Source: Alphaproteobacteria bacterium (GTDB lineage Bacteria > Pseudomonadota > Alphaproteobacteria > UBA828). From it: a stretch of 64,000 nt of DNA. The DNA lies in NCBI GenBank assembly GCA_965214705.1, contig CBDCCI010000002.1, forward strand, positions 1,280,001-1,344,000, given 5' to 3'. The position numbers were made by a program, and so were the translations under genes. The notes below the pieces were generated by a model. That model did not search any database, had not been told where the DNA came from, and worked only from the letters and a program-made list of their open reading frames with translations. Below are positions 63,672 through 64,000 of this stretch, piece by piece (position 1 is the stretch's first letter; each line of letters starts with the position of its first letter).

Positions 63672-64000
63672 ATGAGCAACAAAGCCGCCGTCATCCACGA
63701 AAAGGGCACGCCCGACGTCTTCCGCTGGGAGGAGTGGCCGGTCGGCGATCCGGCACCGGGCGAGGCGCTGATCCGCCACGGCGCCATCGGAGTGAACTAC
63801 ATCGACACTTACAACCGGCGCGACATGCCGCATCCGTGGCCCGTGCCGCCGCTCCCCGTCGTCCTGGGGATCGAGGGCGCAGGCACGGTCGAAGCGGTGG
63901 GCGAGGGCGTGACCGAGTGCGCGGTCGGTGACCGGGTCACCTATGCCAGCCCGCCGCACGGCGCCTATGCGCAGCGCCGGGTGATGCCGGCCAGGCGGCT
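63672..64000 (+). CDS. qor: zeta-crystallin-type quinone oxidoreductase, N-terminal part
   Basis: Not in ORF track (no stop in window): MSNKAAVIHEKGTPDVFRWEE..AIGVNYIDTY..LGIEGAG.VEAVGEGV..VGDRV.Y. Confidence 0.85.
   Translation, partial: MSNKAAVIHEKGTPDVFRWEEWPVGDPAPGEALIRHGAIGVNYIDTYNRRDMPHPWPVPPLPVVLGIEGAGTVEAVGEGVTECAVGDRVTYASPPHGAYAQRRVMPARR

Overview
High-GC proteobacterial DNA (the ParE-, IHF- and ICE-type genes look alphaproteobacterial; taxonomy is tentative) with two parts. (1) About 1-42,500 is the end of a large integrative element, bounded on the right by a complete tyrosine integrase and an AT-rich att-like region. It carries ICE-type genes (DUF2493/SLOG-like, TOPRIM primase-like, ssb) and a ~400-nt fold-back intergenic structure. 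It also holds an unusual set of host-like paralogues: HU, IHF, a three-domain cold-shock protein, RecD2, RecQ-TopB, RpoD and a ParE relic. Decaying cargo includes BCCT, ABC SBP, GST and STAS pseudogenes. There is a head-to-head ISAs1 pair and a tightly coupled five-gene Hsp70 cassette: large helical/TPR-like protein, J-like protein (HPP), GrpE, Hsp70 and a Zn-ribbon protein, the last split by an intact IS66 with an 8-bp TSD. (2) About 42,600-64,000 is chromosome-like catabolic/transport DNA: LLM oxidoreductase, 2OG-Fe(II) oxygenase, M81 peptidase, ICL/PEPM lyase, proline iminopeptidase, amidohydrolase, and a HAAT ABC operon with two permease/ATPase sets. It is interrupted by a small AT-richer islet encoding a small basic protein and an NDT/TIR-like protein whose 3' end carries a 167-bp IS1595-type MITE. 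The best candidates for an undescribed system are the Hsp70 cassette and the two-gene islet. All family calls come from motif recognition by eye; no searches were run.
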